A stretch of 64,000 nt of DNA, taken from a virus. The stretch covers positions 1-64,000 of the IMG/VR virus record IMGVR_UViG_3300034374_008984, one strand, 5' to 3'. The notes below the pieces were generated by a model. It did not search any database. It had not been told where the DNA came from and saw only the letters and a list, made by a program, of their open reading frames with translations. Position numbers and translations under genes: made by a program. Of the stretch, positions 1 through 9,074 are shown piece after piece (position 1 is the stretch's first letter; the number at the start of each line of letters is the position of its first letter).

Positions 1-276
1 GTAAAGGTCGGTGGGAATGTCTATGCCTTGAACTCAGTGACAACGGCCCCTAGCGGGAACAATTGGTTCGCTCAGGTGAAAGTCCTTCGAGGAGGTGCGA
101 CAGCAGCAATCGGGGAAGGTTCTCTTGTCGTGGACAACGCGCATGAGGGCATTCAGTTGAATGCGACAGGGCTTACTTGGGCCAATGCCCTTGATGTGGA
201 GGTAACCGGGCAGAACGGTACCGCAACAATCAACGACATCGTTGTGTCCTTCGTGTCCGTTCAACTCCTCCGATAA
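1..276 (+). CDS. 3' end of a probable virion/tail protein (start lies before the window)
   Basis: Frame open from position 1 to TAA at 276; beta-rich, Gly/Thr/Val-rich composition; tail-module context. Confidence 0.6.
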   Translation, partial: VKVGGNVYALNSVTTAPSGNNWFAQVKVLRGGATAAIGEGSLVVDNAHEGIQLNATGLTWANALDVEVTGQNGTATINDIVVSFVSVQLLR

Positions 277-282
277 CAGACG

Positions 283-885
283 ATGAGACTCACCTCCCTA
301 AATATCGCCAATGTCCGCCTCAATGCAGGATGCTGCCTGTCAGACATGGTGGAGCGCATGTGGGCGTACAAGGAGGAGGGCGACACCGAGAATGAGAAGT
401 GCGTCAGGGAGAAGGCCCTTATACTGAGTGGCCTGATAAAGACCCTGTGCAGGTGGAGGCCAACGATCAAGACCGCAGGAAGGTCAACCCTTGTCGGAGA
501 AATCGAGTCGGGGACATTTCCCATTCCGTACCTTTACGCGGGGACATCGACAGATGGACTTCCAACATCGAACCCTTTCATGGTGCTAAGTGGGGGCAAT
601 CCAGAGGTCGTTACAGCACTGCTTGACGCCACAAACTGCTTCATATCCCCTAACGATGACCTCGTGCAGACAGTGTCCACAAGAAGGCTTGGCCCCGAGA
701 AAATAGAGGTCGTAAGGGATTATGCTGAAGGGGTGGATTTCCTTATCTCTGAGTTCCCTGACGATGTGACATGGGAAATCACGGGAGGGGGTGAGCAGGT
801 GACAAACCTTCCAAACTGCCTAACAGACGCTCAAGTATTGTCCATCATCAAGAAAATTGAGGAACTTTGCCCCTGCGGGTGCTAA
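283..885 (+). CDS. Hypothetical protein with Cys-rich ends, probably structural
   Basis: 200 aa, ATG 6 nt after previous stop, ends ...IKKIEELCPCGC. Confidence 0.7.
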   Translation: MRLTSLNIANVRLNAGCCLSDMVERMWAYKEEGDTENEKCVREKALILSGLIKTLCRWRPTIKTAGRSTLVGEIESGTFPIPYLYAGTSTDGLPTSNPFMVLSGGNPEVVTALLDATNCFISPNDDLVQTVSTRRLGPEKIEVVRDYAEGVDFLISEFPDDVTWEITGGGEQVTNLPNCLTDAQVLSIIKKIEELCPCGC

Positions 886-902
886 CACATAAATCCAACG
901 CC

Positions 903-1409
903 ATGAACTTTTTCAGACTGATAGGAAATGCTTTGATCGCCTCTGTCGGAGGTTTTCGCCCGGTACTTCGGGGAATCGCCAACGGGGTACAGGATGATGA
1001 TGCTGCTACGGTGGGGCAGTCGGTGCCTCCCGTCCCATTTGCATTCTCAACACTAATAGAAGTCAATGACGGAGCAATATCGGGTCTTTTCGAGGTTCTT
1101 GATTACGAGATAGATGTACCTTTAAGTGCAATACAAGGTGAGGAGGCAAGCGTTGAAGGGTTCGTGTTTTACTTAGACACCCAAAGAGGCTCTTATTGGG
1201 GAGACATTCAAGTGTCTGTCACTGCATCAGAACTCTTCGCTGTTGACATCAAACTTGAGACTATTGACACTACTGAATGCAACAGCCTTGTGGTTGTTAC
1301 CATAGACGGAGAAACAACTGCCGGCACTTCTCATGCAGTGGAAATAACGGCAACAGGAGGGGACCACTCTATAACAAGGACATTCACGCTGAACATTGAG
1401 GAAGAGTAA
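903..1409 (+). CDS. Putative tail fibre or trimeric appendage protein
   Basis: GIANGVQDDDAATVGQ resembles the neck motif of trimeric adhesins and fibres; Ig/cadherin-like C-terminus (HAVEITATGG..ITRTFTLNI). Confidence 0.55.
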   Translation: MNFFRLIGNALIASVGGFRPVLRGIANGVQDDDAATVGQSVPPVPFAFSTLIEVNDGAISGLFEVLDYEIDVPLSAIQGEEASVEGFVFYLDTQRGSYWGDIQVSVTASELFAVDIKLETIDTTECNSLVVVTIDGETTAGTSHAVEITATGGDHSITRTFTLNIEEE

Positions 1410-1430
1410 TAACAAGGCATAAAAAACATC

Positions 1431-1748
1431 ATGGCAGTACTATCATCACAAGAGGTTCAGGTACTTGTCGATCAGACAAAGGCCCTATCAAGCATGTCCG
1501 GCATTAACGGCTCTATGATCTATGGAGTGAGTGTGGCCGCACACACAGGTTCATTCTGCGCGATCTCAATAAGAGAGTCAGGCACCACTTTCACTTCATT
1601 AGTAGCGAAAGGAGCAGGACCCGACCTTGCATTGACAGACTTCTACAAGGATTCCACTACACCTCTTACAGGGGATCTGTTGACCCCTCCGAGAGGTTAT
1701 GCGTTCACATCGTTCCAGCTCAGTGCCGGATCAGTACAGGCCCACTGA
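1431..1748 (+). CDS. Hypothetical small virion-module protein
   Basis: 105 aa, A-rich leader, tightly packed with neighbours. Confidence 0.7.
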   Translation: MAVLSSQEVQVLVDQTKALSSMSGINGSMIYGVSVAAHTGSFCAISIRESGTTFTSLVAKGAGPDLALTDFYKDSTTPLTGDLLTPPRGYAFTSFQLSAGSVQAH

Positions 1749-1788
1749 TGTTCGTGTTTAACGGGACATACATGTTCAGACCTCAAAA

Positions 1789-3030
1789 ATGAGTAGTTGT
1801 CCTTTCATATTCGGTGCAAGAAGTTCTGGAGCAGGCGGCTCTGTTTCCCTCGCAGTATCGGACATCTCACCTAATGCGGGTGACACAGTTACCTTAACGG
1901 CAACTCCATCAGGTTTTACACCAACAAGCTACCAATTCTTACTATTCAATGGCAGTGTAACGCTTCTTTCTCAACAATCGGGAAACACATACAACTGGAC
2001 GGTTAATGTGCCTGCTGGTAATTACTCTATCTATGTACTTGCCACGGATGGCGCTACGGATGTGTTCGATTCGCAGGATGTTACCGTAAACGCATTGTAT
2101 CTTCTTGGTTTATACCCTACCGACTGCATCACGGATTTTGCACCTTTCAGATTGCTTGGATCCTTTACAGGTAGGATTATGGAGGTGAGGAGGTTGGTTG
2201 GGTCAACTACGACAGCGGTTGAAATAGGATTTGACGGTGACTACGTGACACTGGACAGTCCTGTGTTATCTGTTACCGTTGGCAGCTCATCGGCTACCAC
2301 ATTAGGTTCATTTGTGAACGCATCGGGATACCCTAATCAAGACAGCTTATCGGGAGCTCAGTCGGCATTTGTGGTGCGTGGATATAGGCAACTAAACGGT
2401 GCGCTTGCATGGGAACAAACAGTAGCGGCTAATCAGCCAAGGCTTGTGGATAGCGGAACACTTGACGTTTTGGGTGCGTTCGGATGCCTGAGATTCCTCG
2501 GAAATCAGTGGCAGGATTACGGACTGATAAGTGGTTTAAACAAACCAGCGAACTACTCTATTCTGTCCGTTGCCTCGTTCGATAGCACGGGAGCGATGGG
2601 ACTGTATGGGTCGCGGCCTGCGGGCAGTGGTCAAACACCGTTCAGTTACGGTCATATATGGAAGCAGCCATCGGGTAGTAGTACGATAACAACGCTATAT
2701 GGTGATGGTATAAACCAGCGAATCGCGACAACATTGACAAATCCAATTGTGGTAACGTCTATGCAGCTTTTTGAAGACTACAAGTCATCGGGGGTCTTAG
2801 ATTCTGATCTATACGTTGACGGTAGCGGACCTATACCCTTTTCAGGCACGGGCAGCGCGCTGAATGTTTTTGGTACGGCAACAAGGATGCTGTTCGGAAG
2901 GTTTGGCGATTCATCGGGCAACATTTTAACGGGCCGACAGCTCATGTTCGTGGTCTATGAGGGCAACAAGTCAGCCGACCGATTAGGCATGAAGAATGCG
3001 ATAAACTCAATACTTGGCACGTCATGGTAA
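1789..3030 (+). CDS. Putative tail fibre / receptor-binding protein (Ig-like plus ConA/LamG-like domains)
   Basis: N-terminal Ig-like segment (GDTVTLTATP...GNYSIYV); QTVAANQPRLV motif and lectin-like C-terminus. Confidence 0.6.
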   Translation: MSSCPFIFGARSSGAGGSVSLAVSDISPNAGDTVTLTATPSGFTPTSYQFLLFNGSVTLLSQQSGNTYNWTVNVPAGNYSIYVLATDGATDVFDSQDVTVNALYLLGLYPTDCITDFAPFRLLGSFTGRIMEVRRLVGSTTTAVEIGFDGDYVTLDSPVLSVTVGSSSATTLGSFVNASGYPNQDSLSGAQSAFVVRGYRQLNGALAWEQTVAANQPRLVDSGTLDVLGAFGCLRFLGNQWQDYGLISGLNKPANYSILSVASFDSTGAMGLYGSRPAGSGQTPFSYGHIWKQPSGSSTITTLYGDGINQRIATTLTNPIVVTSMQLFEDYKSSGVLDSDLYVDGSGPIPFSGTGSALNVFGTATRMLFGRFGDSSGNILTGRQLMFVVYEGNKSADRLGMKNAINSILGTSW

Positions 3031-3239
3031 AGCTGGGATACCTATACGACAACGAGGCCGCTGCACTTTCGGCACGTGACCTGTGCGACAATTACTACGG
3101 ATGTCCGAACCATGCAGCCCAGCATTGGGTCAGTGTGCAGCAGTGGGGGGATAAGTGGGCTATTATCTACAACAACACGCTGCCAATTGTTCTTGGCGCA
3201 CCTATTGTTTTACCTGAATTGGAAAATGAACATGAATAA
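3024..3239 (+). CDS. Small hypothetical protein, possible fibre chaperone
   Basis: 71 aa overlapping the end of the fibre gene. Confidence 0.6.
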   Translation: MVKLGYLYDNEAAALSARDLCDNYYGCPNHAAQHWVSVQQWGDKWAIIYNNTLPIVLGAPIVLPELENEHE

Positions 3240-3286
3240 ACCATGAAAGCAGACCACACCATAATCACCATAATTTACAATCTCTA

Positions 3287-3442
3287 ATGAGTGGTTACAG
3301 GTACATATTCGGGGCAGTTCCAGGAGGAAGCGCTCCATTAGCAGGGCAGGTTGACCTGACCCAATCCCCTGTGTACTACATTGGATACTGTACTTGCAGC
3401 AATAGCCTCAATCAAGCCAGTTCCTTGATGATTGTGAATTGA
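3287..3442 (+). pseudogene. 51-codon ORF, possible remnant of a second fibre gene
   Basis: Starts MSGYRYIFGAVPGG, similar to MSSCPFIFGARSSG of the 1789 ORF. Confidence 0.35.
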
Positions 3443-3478
3443 TCGCTAAATTTGCCTCAACAATCAACAGCAGGAAAA

Positions 3479-3775
3479 ATGCCGCACTCACTGAATCTTT
3501 TGCAGATAGACCCTTCAACTCTGATAGATTCAGCATCAAAGGTCCAGCCTGGTGATTACAGTGGGTACACCTTTGCTATAGTGATATTGACCTTGATGCT
3601 AGCAGGAAGTCTTCTTGCTGTCAAGAAGCTTTACGAGGAGAACAAGTCACTTCAAACAGCCGCAGTAACAAGAGCCGAGAGTGCGACAAAGGCACTGATA
3701 GAGGCTCTCACAGAGGTAAAGAGGCATTACGAGATCCTCAATGAGACCCTCAAAAGAATAGAGCAAAAACACTGA
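3479..3775 (+). CDS. Putative holin
   Basis: One TM segment (YTFAIVILTLMLAGSLLAV) plus coiled coil, upstream of the endolysin; promoter box TAAATTTG at 3447. Confidence 0.6.
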   Translation: MPHSLNLLQIDPSTLIDSASKVQPGDYSGYTFAIVILTLMLAGSLLAVKKLYEENKSLQTAAVTRAESATKALIEALTEVKRHYEILNETLKRIEQKH

Positions 3776-3778
3776 AGC

Positions 3779-4006
3779 ATGAAAGCCTCTACAAGAAAAG
3801 CCTTGAATGATTGCTCGGGAATCGATGCCATACATGGATTCACCTGTAAGCTCAAGCAGGACATGAGCGTGCATCTTCCAAATGAAGTTGACAGATCTCA
3901 AGTGGTCGTCATGCAGGTGTCCCGTCAGATGGAACCGGTCAGGTCTTTCATGGACACATTTCAACATCTTCCTTTTATCGGGGCAATCTTGTTCAAGACT
4001 ACATGA
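3779..4006 (+). CDS. Hypothetical lysis-cassette protein
   Basis: 75 aa, ATGA overlap with the endolysin. Confidence 0.55.
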   Translation: MKASTRKALNDCSGIDAIHGFTCKLKQDMSVHLPNEVDRSQVVVMQVSRQMEPVRSFMDTFQHLPFIGAILFKTT

Positions 4007-4485
4007 GCACATACATCAGCACTGCGGAGTTCACCAAGAAGCACGGACACTTTCGCATCTCGGAGTATTGCATCGAGCAGAAACCCCCGACAAAGCGCAT
4101 CGCTGACATCATTCTCTCTAATCACATCACTCCCATGAATGCCGTGAGGGAGGCTGTTGGAGAGCCTGTTCTCGTGTCCAAGCGTTCGGGGTACCGCCCA
4201 AGGAAGTACGAGCAGAGCAAAGGCCGGACAGGAAACTCTCAGCACAACTTCGAGGAGAGCCACCCGAACGGGACAGGTGCAGCAGACTACACATCGGCCA
4301 GCGCAAAAGACCTCATCGAGCCCATGCTCGAGCACACCTGCTACACCCGCGTCTGCTACTACCCGAACAACAACTTCGTTCACGCGGATTTCAAGCCGAC
4401 CCCAAGCGGGAAGCGAGAGCTGTACACCGCGCAAAGCCCCACATCCAAGTGGAAGCTCGATAGGGTTGTGGACATCCAAAAATAA
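4003..4485 (+). CDS. Endolysin, peptidase M15 family (Zn)
   Basis: SGYRP, SQH, GAAD and FVHAD motifs. Confidence 0.85.
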   Translation: MSTYISTAEFTKKHGHFRISEYCIEQKPPTKRIADIILSNHITPMNAVREAVGEPVLVSKRSGYRPRKYEQSKGRTGNSQHNFEESHPNGTGAADYTSASAKDLIEPMLEHTCYTRVCYYPNNNFVHADFKPTPSGKRELYTAQSPTSKWKLDRVVDIQK

Positions 4486-4564
4486 TTTTATAGGAAAAAA
4501 GCATTTTACTTGCATAGAGTAAAAAGGTTGCTTAGATTTGTCATCTCAAACGAGAGGCAAAAGA

Positions 4565-4912
4565 ATGGCTGTCACACCAAACAAGAACGGTCAACATGTC
4601 AGGATACGGGTGATCTGCATCAACGATTCAGGCCGACCTTCCGACATTCCCAAGTCTAAGTGGCCCGTCAAGGGAAAACACTACACGGTAACATCCCATG
4701 TCGTGATGCACAGTATGGGAGGACGTATCGGTGCGACTCTTGAGGAGATCTCTCTTGATGGGTGTTTTCCCTACAAGTACTACCTCGCGGACAGGTTTGC
4801 GATACCTGCAGATGACATGGAGGCGATTTCCCGTGCCGCAGAGCTTCTCAGAGAGGTTCAAAAGGAGTTGGACAGGTTGAGTATCGAGGAAACCGAACTG
4901 GACCCAGCGTAG
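4565..4912 (+). CDS. Hypothetical protein
   Basis: ORF downstream of promoter box TAGATTTG (4533). Confidence 0.7.
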   Translation: MAVTPNKNGQHVRIRVICINDSGRPSDIPKSKWPVKGKHYTVTSHVVMHSMGGRIGATLEEISLDGCFPYKYYLADRFAIPADDMEAISRAAELLREVQKELDRLSIEETELDPA

Positions 4913-4944
4913 CAGCGTAGGGCTTAAAACGAGGCGACTGAGCA

Positions 4945-5214
4945 ATGTCCAAAGGATACATCCTCTTCAAGAAACCGAAAGTGAACAGGCATGAGCCTTC
5001 CACTGCCATGCCCATCGAGTACTTCCAGTCAAAGGGTCTGATAGCGATAAGCGGGGTTTACTACGAGTTCTACATAGAGAAGAAGTTTGAGGACAGTACG
5101 ACAACGGTGACAGGATTGAAGAGGCCCGAGGACGGGGTTTTTGTAGGGGCATCCACCCCTGAGCACATGAGGGTGATAAGAGCGATAAAGGAAACATTCA
5201 AAGGAGTGATATGA
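4945..5214 (+). CDS. Hypothetical protein
   Basis: 89 aa, ATGA-coupled to the next gene. Confidence 0.65.
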   Translation: MSKGYILFKKPKVNRHEPSTAMPIEYFQSKGLIAISGVYYEFYIEKKFEDSTTTVTGLKRPEDGVFVGASTPEHMRVIRAIKETFKGVI

Positions 5215-5618
5215 GAAGCGAAGACGAACACATCTTTATTCAGACCCTCAGTAGCAGGAACTACAGGAACCTTGATGGGGGTGGAACAATGATCTCCATC
5301 TCGGAGCACGGGGAGCTTGTACAGGATTGGGACTACCTATACGAGGAGCCAGTCAATCCTGAAGACTTAATGATGGGGTACAAGGAGTCTGACCACTGCG
5401 GACTCTCTGTCATGTACCCCGAGCATGTCTCAGAGATATGCCTCAAGAGGGTGTACATAACGGATGATGTCGGTGTGGACGGTGAGGAGATGTTCCTGTG
5501 GAGGGTGATCATCTACGGCCCGCTCGGAGAGACCTTGTTCAGCTTCGAGTCGAAAACAGAAGCAAAGGAAACCTTGAACTTTATCCTTGATTGGAAACGC
5601 AGATACAGCATGAAATGA
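5211..5618 (+). CDS. Hypothetical acidic protein
   Basis: 135 aa, coupled on both sides. Confidence 0.7.
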   Translation: MRSEDEHIFIQTLSSRNYRNLDGGGTMISISEHGELVQDWDYLYEEPVNPEDLMMGYKESDHCGLSVMYPEHVSEICLKRVYITDDVGVDGEEMFLWRVIIYGPLGETLFSFESKTEAKETLNFILDWKRRYSMK

Positions 5619-5914
5619 GCGACACACCACACAAATGCCCCGTATGCGGAGGCACGGGAAATGTCCCTAGCGGATTCTACCTTGGAGGAAATCCAGCGCT
5701 AAACGCCTTACCTGTTACCTGCCGCAGTTGCTTCGGAACAGGAGTCCTATGGAAACCCGTAACAAAAGTCGACACCAATGCCAAGTTCGGCCCCTCGGAA
5801 AACAACCCTCTTCGTTCGAGCTTTGAAAACATGCATATCCGGTTAGGAAATTCTGTCAGTAACCCTATACGGCATGACGACATCGACCCCGATGGACTTG
5901 ACACAAAACAATGA
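5615..5914 (+). CDS. Small protein with DnaJ-type zinc finger
   Basis: CPVCGGTG...CRSCFGTG. Confidence 0.65.
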   Translation: MSDTPHKCPVCGGTGNVPSGFYLGGNPALNALPVTCRSCFGTGVLWKPVTKVDTNAKFGPSENNPLRSSFENMHIRLGNSVSNPIRHDDIDPDGLDTKQ

Positions 5915-6585
5915 GCATGACACGCATAGGTAAATATGAACTGATCTCCTATCCGTAGCATCTCTGCGTGGTATGCACGGACAACATCGAAGAGGCCGCG
6001 AAGGAATAAAACCCTATCGGGGCCTTCCTCTTTAGCCCACAATGCAACAAGCAAGAAAAAAATTTTTCGTGCAGTCTAAATCCAATTTTTAGACGACCCT
6101 AAACCCAAAACACCCCCACCCATAAAACCCACACAAGGAAACCCATTGACAAGAACCAACTACAAGGAAGCCCTAACAGAGAATAACAAAAAGAAAAACC
6201 CCAGAGGAAAAAAGCGCAAAGGAAAACCCTGAAAGGAAAACCTCGATGGGGAATACTCTACGGGGAACTATACCCCCCATCCGCGTTCCCCGTCCTCGCC
6301 CCAAGATGCCCCCCGTCTCGGTTCCCGCTCGGGGGCCCCTACGGTTTCCCGCTCCGGGCCTCGCTGTCTGGCCCACCTTCGCGGGCATCCTTTGCAGGTG
6401 CCCTTTCCTTGCGTCCCTTGCTGTGATACCTGAACGGGATACCTGAAAGGGGTAGCGGTGTTAGTGGTGAATGAAAGTATATACGCTATATAGAGTATAT
6501 ACGCAAGCAAGGAACAATAACCTGTCTATTGTATATATTCTATATAGTGTATATACGGAACGCATGAGAGTAAAGCTGTTTGAAG

Positions 6586-6613
6586 TATATATTCTATATA
6601 GAATATATATTTG
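6586..6613 (+). promoter_or_regulatory. Perfect 24-bp palindrome overlapping a -7 promoter box (putative operator)
   Basis: TATATATTCTATATAGAATATATA at 6586-6609; TATATTTG at 6606-6613. Confidence 0.65.
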
Positions 6614-6639
6614 CAGCCCTAACTAAAACAGTAGAACAG

Positions 6640-7071
6640 ATGCCGAGGATGTTGATAGACTTGACGGAAAAAGAAGCGCAGGAACTGAAAGAGCTTGCAA
6701 CGTTGCACGGCCACAAGGTGAAACCCTTTGTGGAGTATATCGTCAGGATGCAAATAGGAACACTGCCAGCACCCACGGTTGCGCCCCTTGCCCTGAGCCC
6801 CGCACAGGATACCGAACAAGAAACCCACGAAGAGGAACCGCAACAGGAACAACGCGAAGAACCACGAGCAGGAAGAGCGCCGAGGATGATCAAGCCTTGG
6901 ATCCCAAATAAAAACCTTGCAGCATACACGGAAGAGACAGAGCCGGGCAGCGGTATATTCACGGACGGGAAGTCCTTTGCGGTTCAGGTCGGACCGGTAG
7001 GACGGCAGTCGGCACACTTTTTCCAGTTCATTCACGAAGCCGAGGAATTCAAGGGAAACGAGGCCTCTTAA
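6640..7071 (+). CDS. Putative ribbon-helix-helix (CopG/Arc-like) DNA-binding protein
   Basis: MPRMLIDLTEKEAQELKELA..G..VKPFVEYIVR fits a strand-helix-helix pattern; has its own promoter and terminator. Confidence 0.6.
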   Translation: MPRMLIDLTEKEAQELKELATLHGHKVKPFVEYIVRMQIGTLPAPTVAPLALSPAQDTEQETHEEEPQQEQREEPRAGRAPRMIKPWIPNKNLAAYTEETEPGSGIFTDGKSFAVQVGPVGRQSAHFFQFIHEAEEFKGNEAS

Positions 7072-7195
7072 ACCCTATATATATGACGTATATACAGCCC
7101 GGAAATAGAGCTGATAGAGGCCATTGAAAACATATATACAACGTATAGCTTTTATCGGTTCACTGTATATATAGAATATATAGGAACACCGCAAC

Positions 7196-7220
7196 AAGGC
7201 CCATAAAACGGGCCTTTTTT
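7196..7220 (+). terminator. Intrinsic terminator
   Basis: AAGGCCC-loop-GGGCCTT followed by a T run. Confidence 0.7.
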
Positions 7221-7689
7221 GTGCCCTGTTATAGGGCATAGGACGGGAACCCGGACAAGGGACAAAGGGGAGGGACCGAGCAGGGGAACGGACGGGAAAC
7301 CCGCACGAGGCAAGGGATACGGGGACTTCTTGGGGCGATCAATTTCCCCAACCGCGGCCCCTTTACCGGCCCTTTCCGGTGTCCTCTTCTACGGGTCTTC
7401 CTTTCTTGCTGTTCCCTTCTCTTGGCTTACCTGTTGGGGTGTTCTTGGTTGTTCCTATGTGTAGGGCATTCATTAAGGTATCTTTCGCGCGCACGGGTGA
7501 GGACGGTGATAAATTTAGGGCAATCTAAAAATTTTAGGTTATTCGTTTAGACGGGTCTAAATCGGCGTTTAGTTTGCGCGAAATCTTCTTTTTTTTGCTC
7601 ATCATGTCGCACTAAAGAACAAAGAAAGCCCGTAAAGTATTCATATTCAGTACTTTAAAAGAGTAAATTTTTTTTTCTCAAATAAAGAT

Positions 7690-7725
7690 TTTTGCTTGTT
7701 ATTCTTAAAACAGTGCCTACATTTG
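7690..7725 (+). promoter_or_regulatory. Bacteroidota primary-sigma promoter for the early region
   Basis: TTG element plus TACATTTG (7718-7725). Confidence 0.8.
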
Positions 7726-7775
7726 AGGAGTAATAACAAACAACAAAAACCACAAACCATCAAAACCGCCTAACC

Positions 7776-8051
7776 ATGGAACAGGTAAAGAATGTCCGAG
7801 AAGTAACAGTTTTTAATGTCCCTACAAAAATGAGCGCGGCACTACTCACCAGGGCGAAGGCAGGGGATCTTGGCACCTTCGCAACAGGTAAACCCGTAGC
7901 CGTTCGCAAATACGGAAGAGACGAGAGCGAAAAGTTAACATTTATTCTTTTCGAGACGGAGCGAGGACAAGAAGAGATTTTCATGTCCCGTTTTGAATGC
8001 CTTGTTGATGCGCGGGACGCGACCGTTAAAACCGTAGAAATCCGCAAGTAA
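7776..8051 (+). CDS. Early hypothetical protein
   Basis: First ORF after the promoter, C/A-rich leader. Confidence 0.75.
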   Translation: MEQVKNVREVTVFNVPTKMSAALLTRAKAGDLGTFATGKPVAVRKYGRDESEKLTFILFETERGQEEIFMSRFECLVDARDATVKTVEIRK

Positions 8052-8067
8052 TCCCAAACCACAAACC

Positions 8068-8160
8068 ATGAAAAAGCAGCTCTTAAAATTTGCCATGATC
8101 GTTTTGTTTCAGGTGTCTCTATTGGCGCTCTTGTTTTCAAACGCATTGATGAATTTTTAA
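8068..8160 (+). CDS. 30-aa hydrophobic peptide (not in ORF track)
   Basis: MKKQLLKFAMIVLFQVSLLALLFSNALMNF, preceded by the conserved leader AAACCACAAACCATG. Confidence 0.55.
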   Translation: MKKQLLKFAMIVLFQVSLLALLFSNALMNF

Positions 8161-8183
8161 CCACAAACCAAAAACCAAAAACC

Positions 8184-8597
8184 ATGAAAACCACAATCAC
8201 CACTACCGACCACAATGCTCAGGCTGAAGCCTTTCTCAGAAATTCAGGCGTAAAAATGTCCGTCAGTTATTTCGGATACGGCCCACACTTCGCAGGGGAT
8301 ACCGATAGCCGGCACCGCTACCGGGTAACCTTCAGCAGGAACGGCAAGCGCATGCGGGTAATGTTTGGGCAGTCCATTGCGGCAGGAGCAACCGAGCCGA
8401 GCGCTTACGATGTTCTATCATGCCTACAGAAGTACGATGTGGGCACATTTGATGACTTTTGCCATGAGTTCGGCTACTCCGAGGACAGCCGGAATTCCGA
8501 GCGAATTTATAAGGACATACTAAGAGAGTGCGAAGGCATCGCGCGAGTATTTCCGCAAGATGATAACAGCGTTGAAGCCTTCAGAGAAATTCAATAA
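8184..8597 (+). CDS. Early hypothetical protein of a recurrent phage family
   Basis: PSAYDVLSCL..Y..GTFDDFC.EFGY..DS pattern. Confidence 0.75.
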   Translation: MKTTITTTDHNAQAEAFLRNSGVKMSVSYFGYGPHFAGDTDSRHRYRVTFSRNGKRMRVMFGQSIAAGATEPSAYDVLSCLQKYDVGTFDDFCHEFGYSEDSRNSERIYKDILRECEGIARVFPQDDNSVEAFREIQ

Positions 8598-8653
8598 CAA
8601 CGTTTCACCCTTTCAAAGTTTAACCCGGCCACAAGGCCGCAACATTAAAAGCC

Positions 8654-8974
8654 ATGAAAAAAGAGACCACCATTAACAACGGCAGAACGGTATTCAAGGA
8701 CGACCGCACCCCTGAGCAGATGGAAACACATACCGTTTTGATAACGGCCACTGACAAATTCATGTCAGGATGGGGAGGAGCCTCAAACGGCCTTAGCAAA
8801 TGTGCATGGGCAGTTGAACGCAAGAATTGGCGTAAAATGTTGGAATGGGTCGAGAACCGTTCCGACATGAAATATATAAACGTAAATTTCACAGGTAATT
8901 GGAGGCCGCGAAACGCTGCACACGTCCATATCTACGTAGCGAGCAAAGGCGACCATCCAGCGCTAAGAGACTGA
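8654..8974 (+). CDS. Early hypothetical protein
   Basis: 106 aa, TDKFMSGWG motif. Confidence 0.75.
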   Translation: MKKETTINNGRTVFKDDRTPEQMETHTVLITATDKFMSGWGGASNGLSKCAWAVERKNWRKMLEWVENRSDMKYINVNFTGNWRPRNAAHVHIYVASKGDHPALRD

Positions 8975-9074
8975 GAAAGGACAGCCCCGACCGGAGGACC
9001 GGACAAAATCCCGAGCGATACGGGACCGGGGCGCAGTAATGAGTAACTAACCACTAACCACAAACCACAACAAC

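Larger units (their letters stand above)
6051..7598. other. Mirror-symmetric control region, possible genome terminus or packaging region
   Basis: TTTAG-N6-CTAAA boxes at 6088, 7514 and 7546 (degenerate at 6065 and 7568); inverted match 6297-6316 / 7319-7337; mirrored purine and pyrimidine tracts. Confidence 0.55.

Noticed and set aside
1789-3030. Diversity-generating retroelement target
   Set aside because: No reverse transcriptase or template/variable repeat pair seen in the window
6173-7464. ORFs 6173-6388, 6246-6446, 6268-6510 and 7219-7464
   Set aside because: Low-complexity translations of the skewed non-coding tracts
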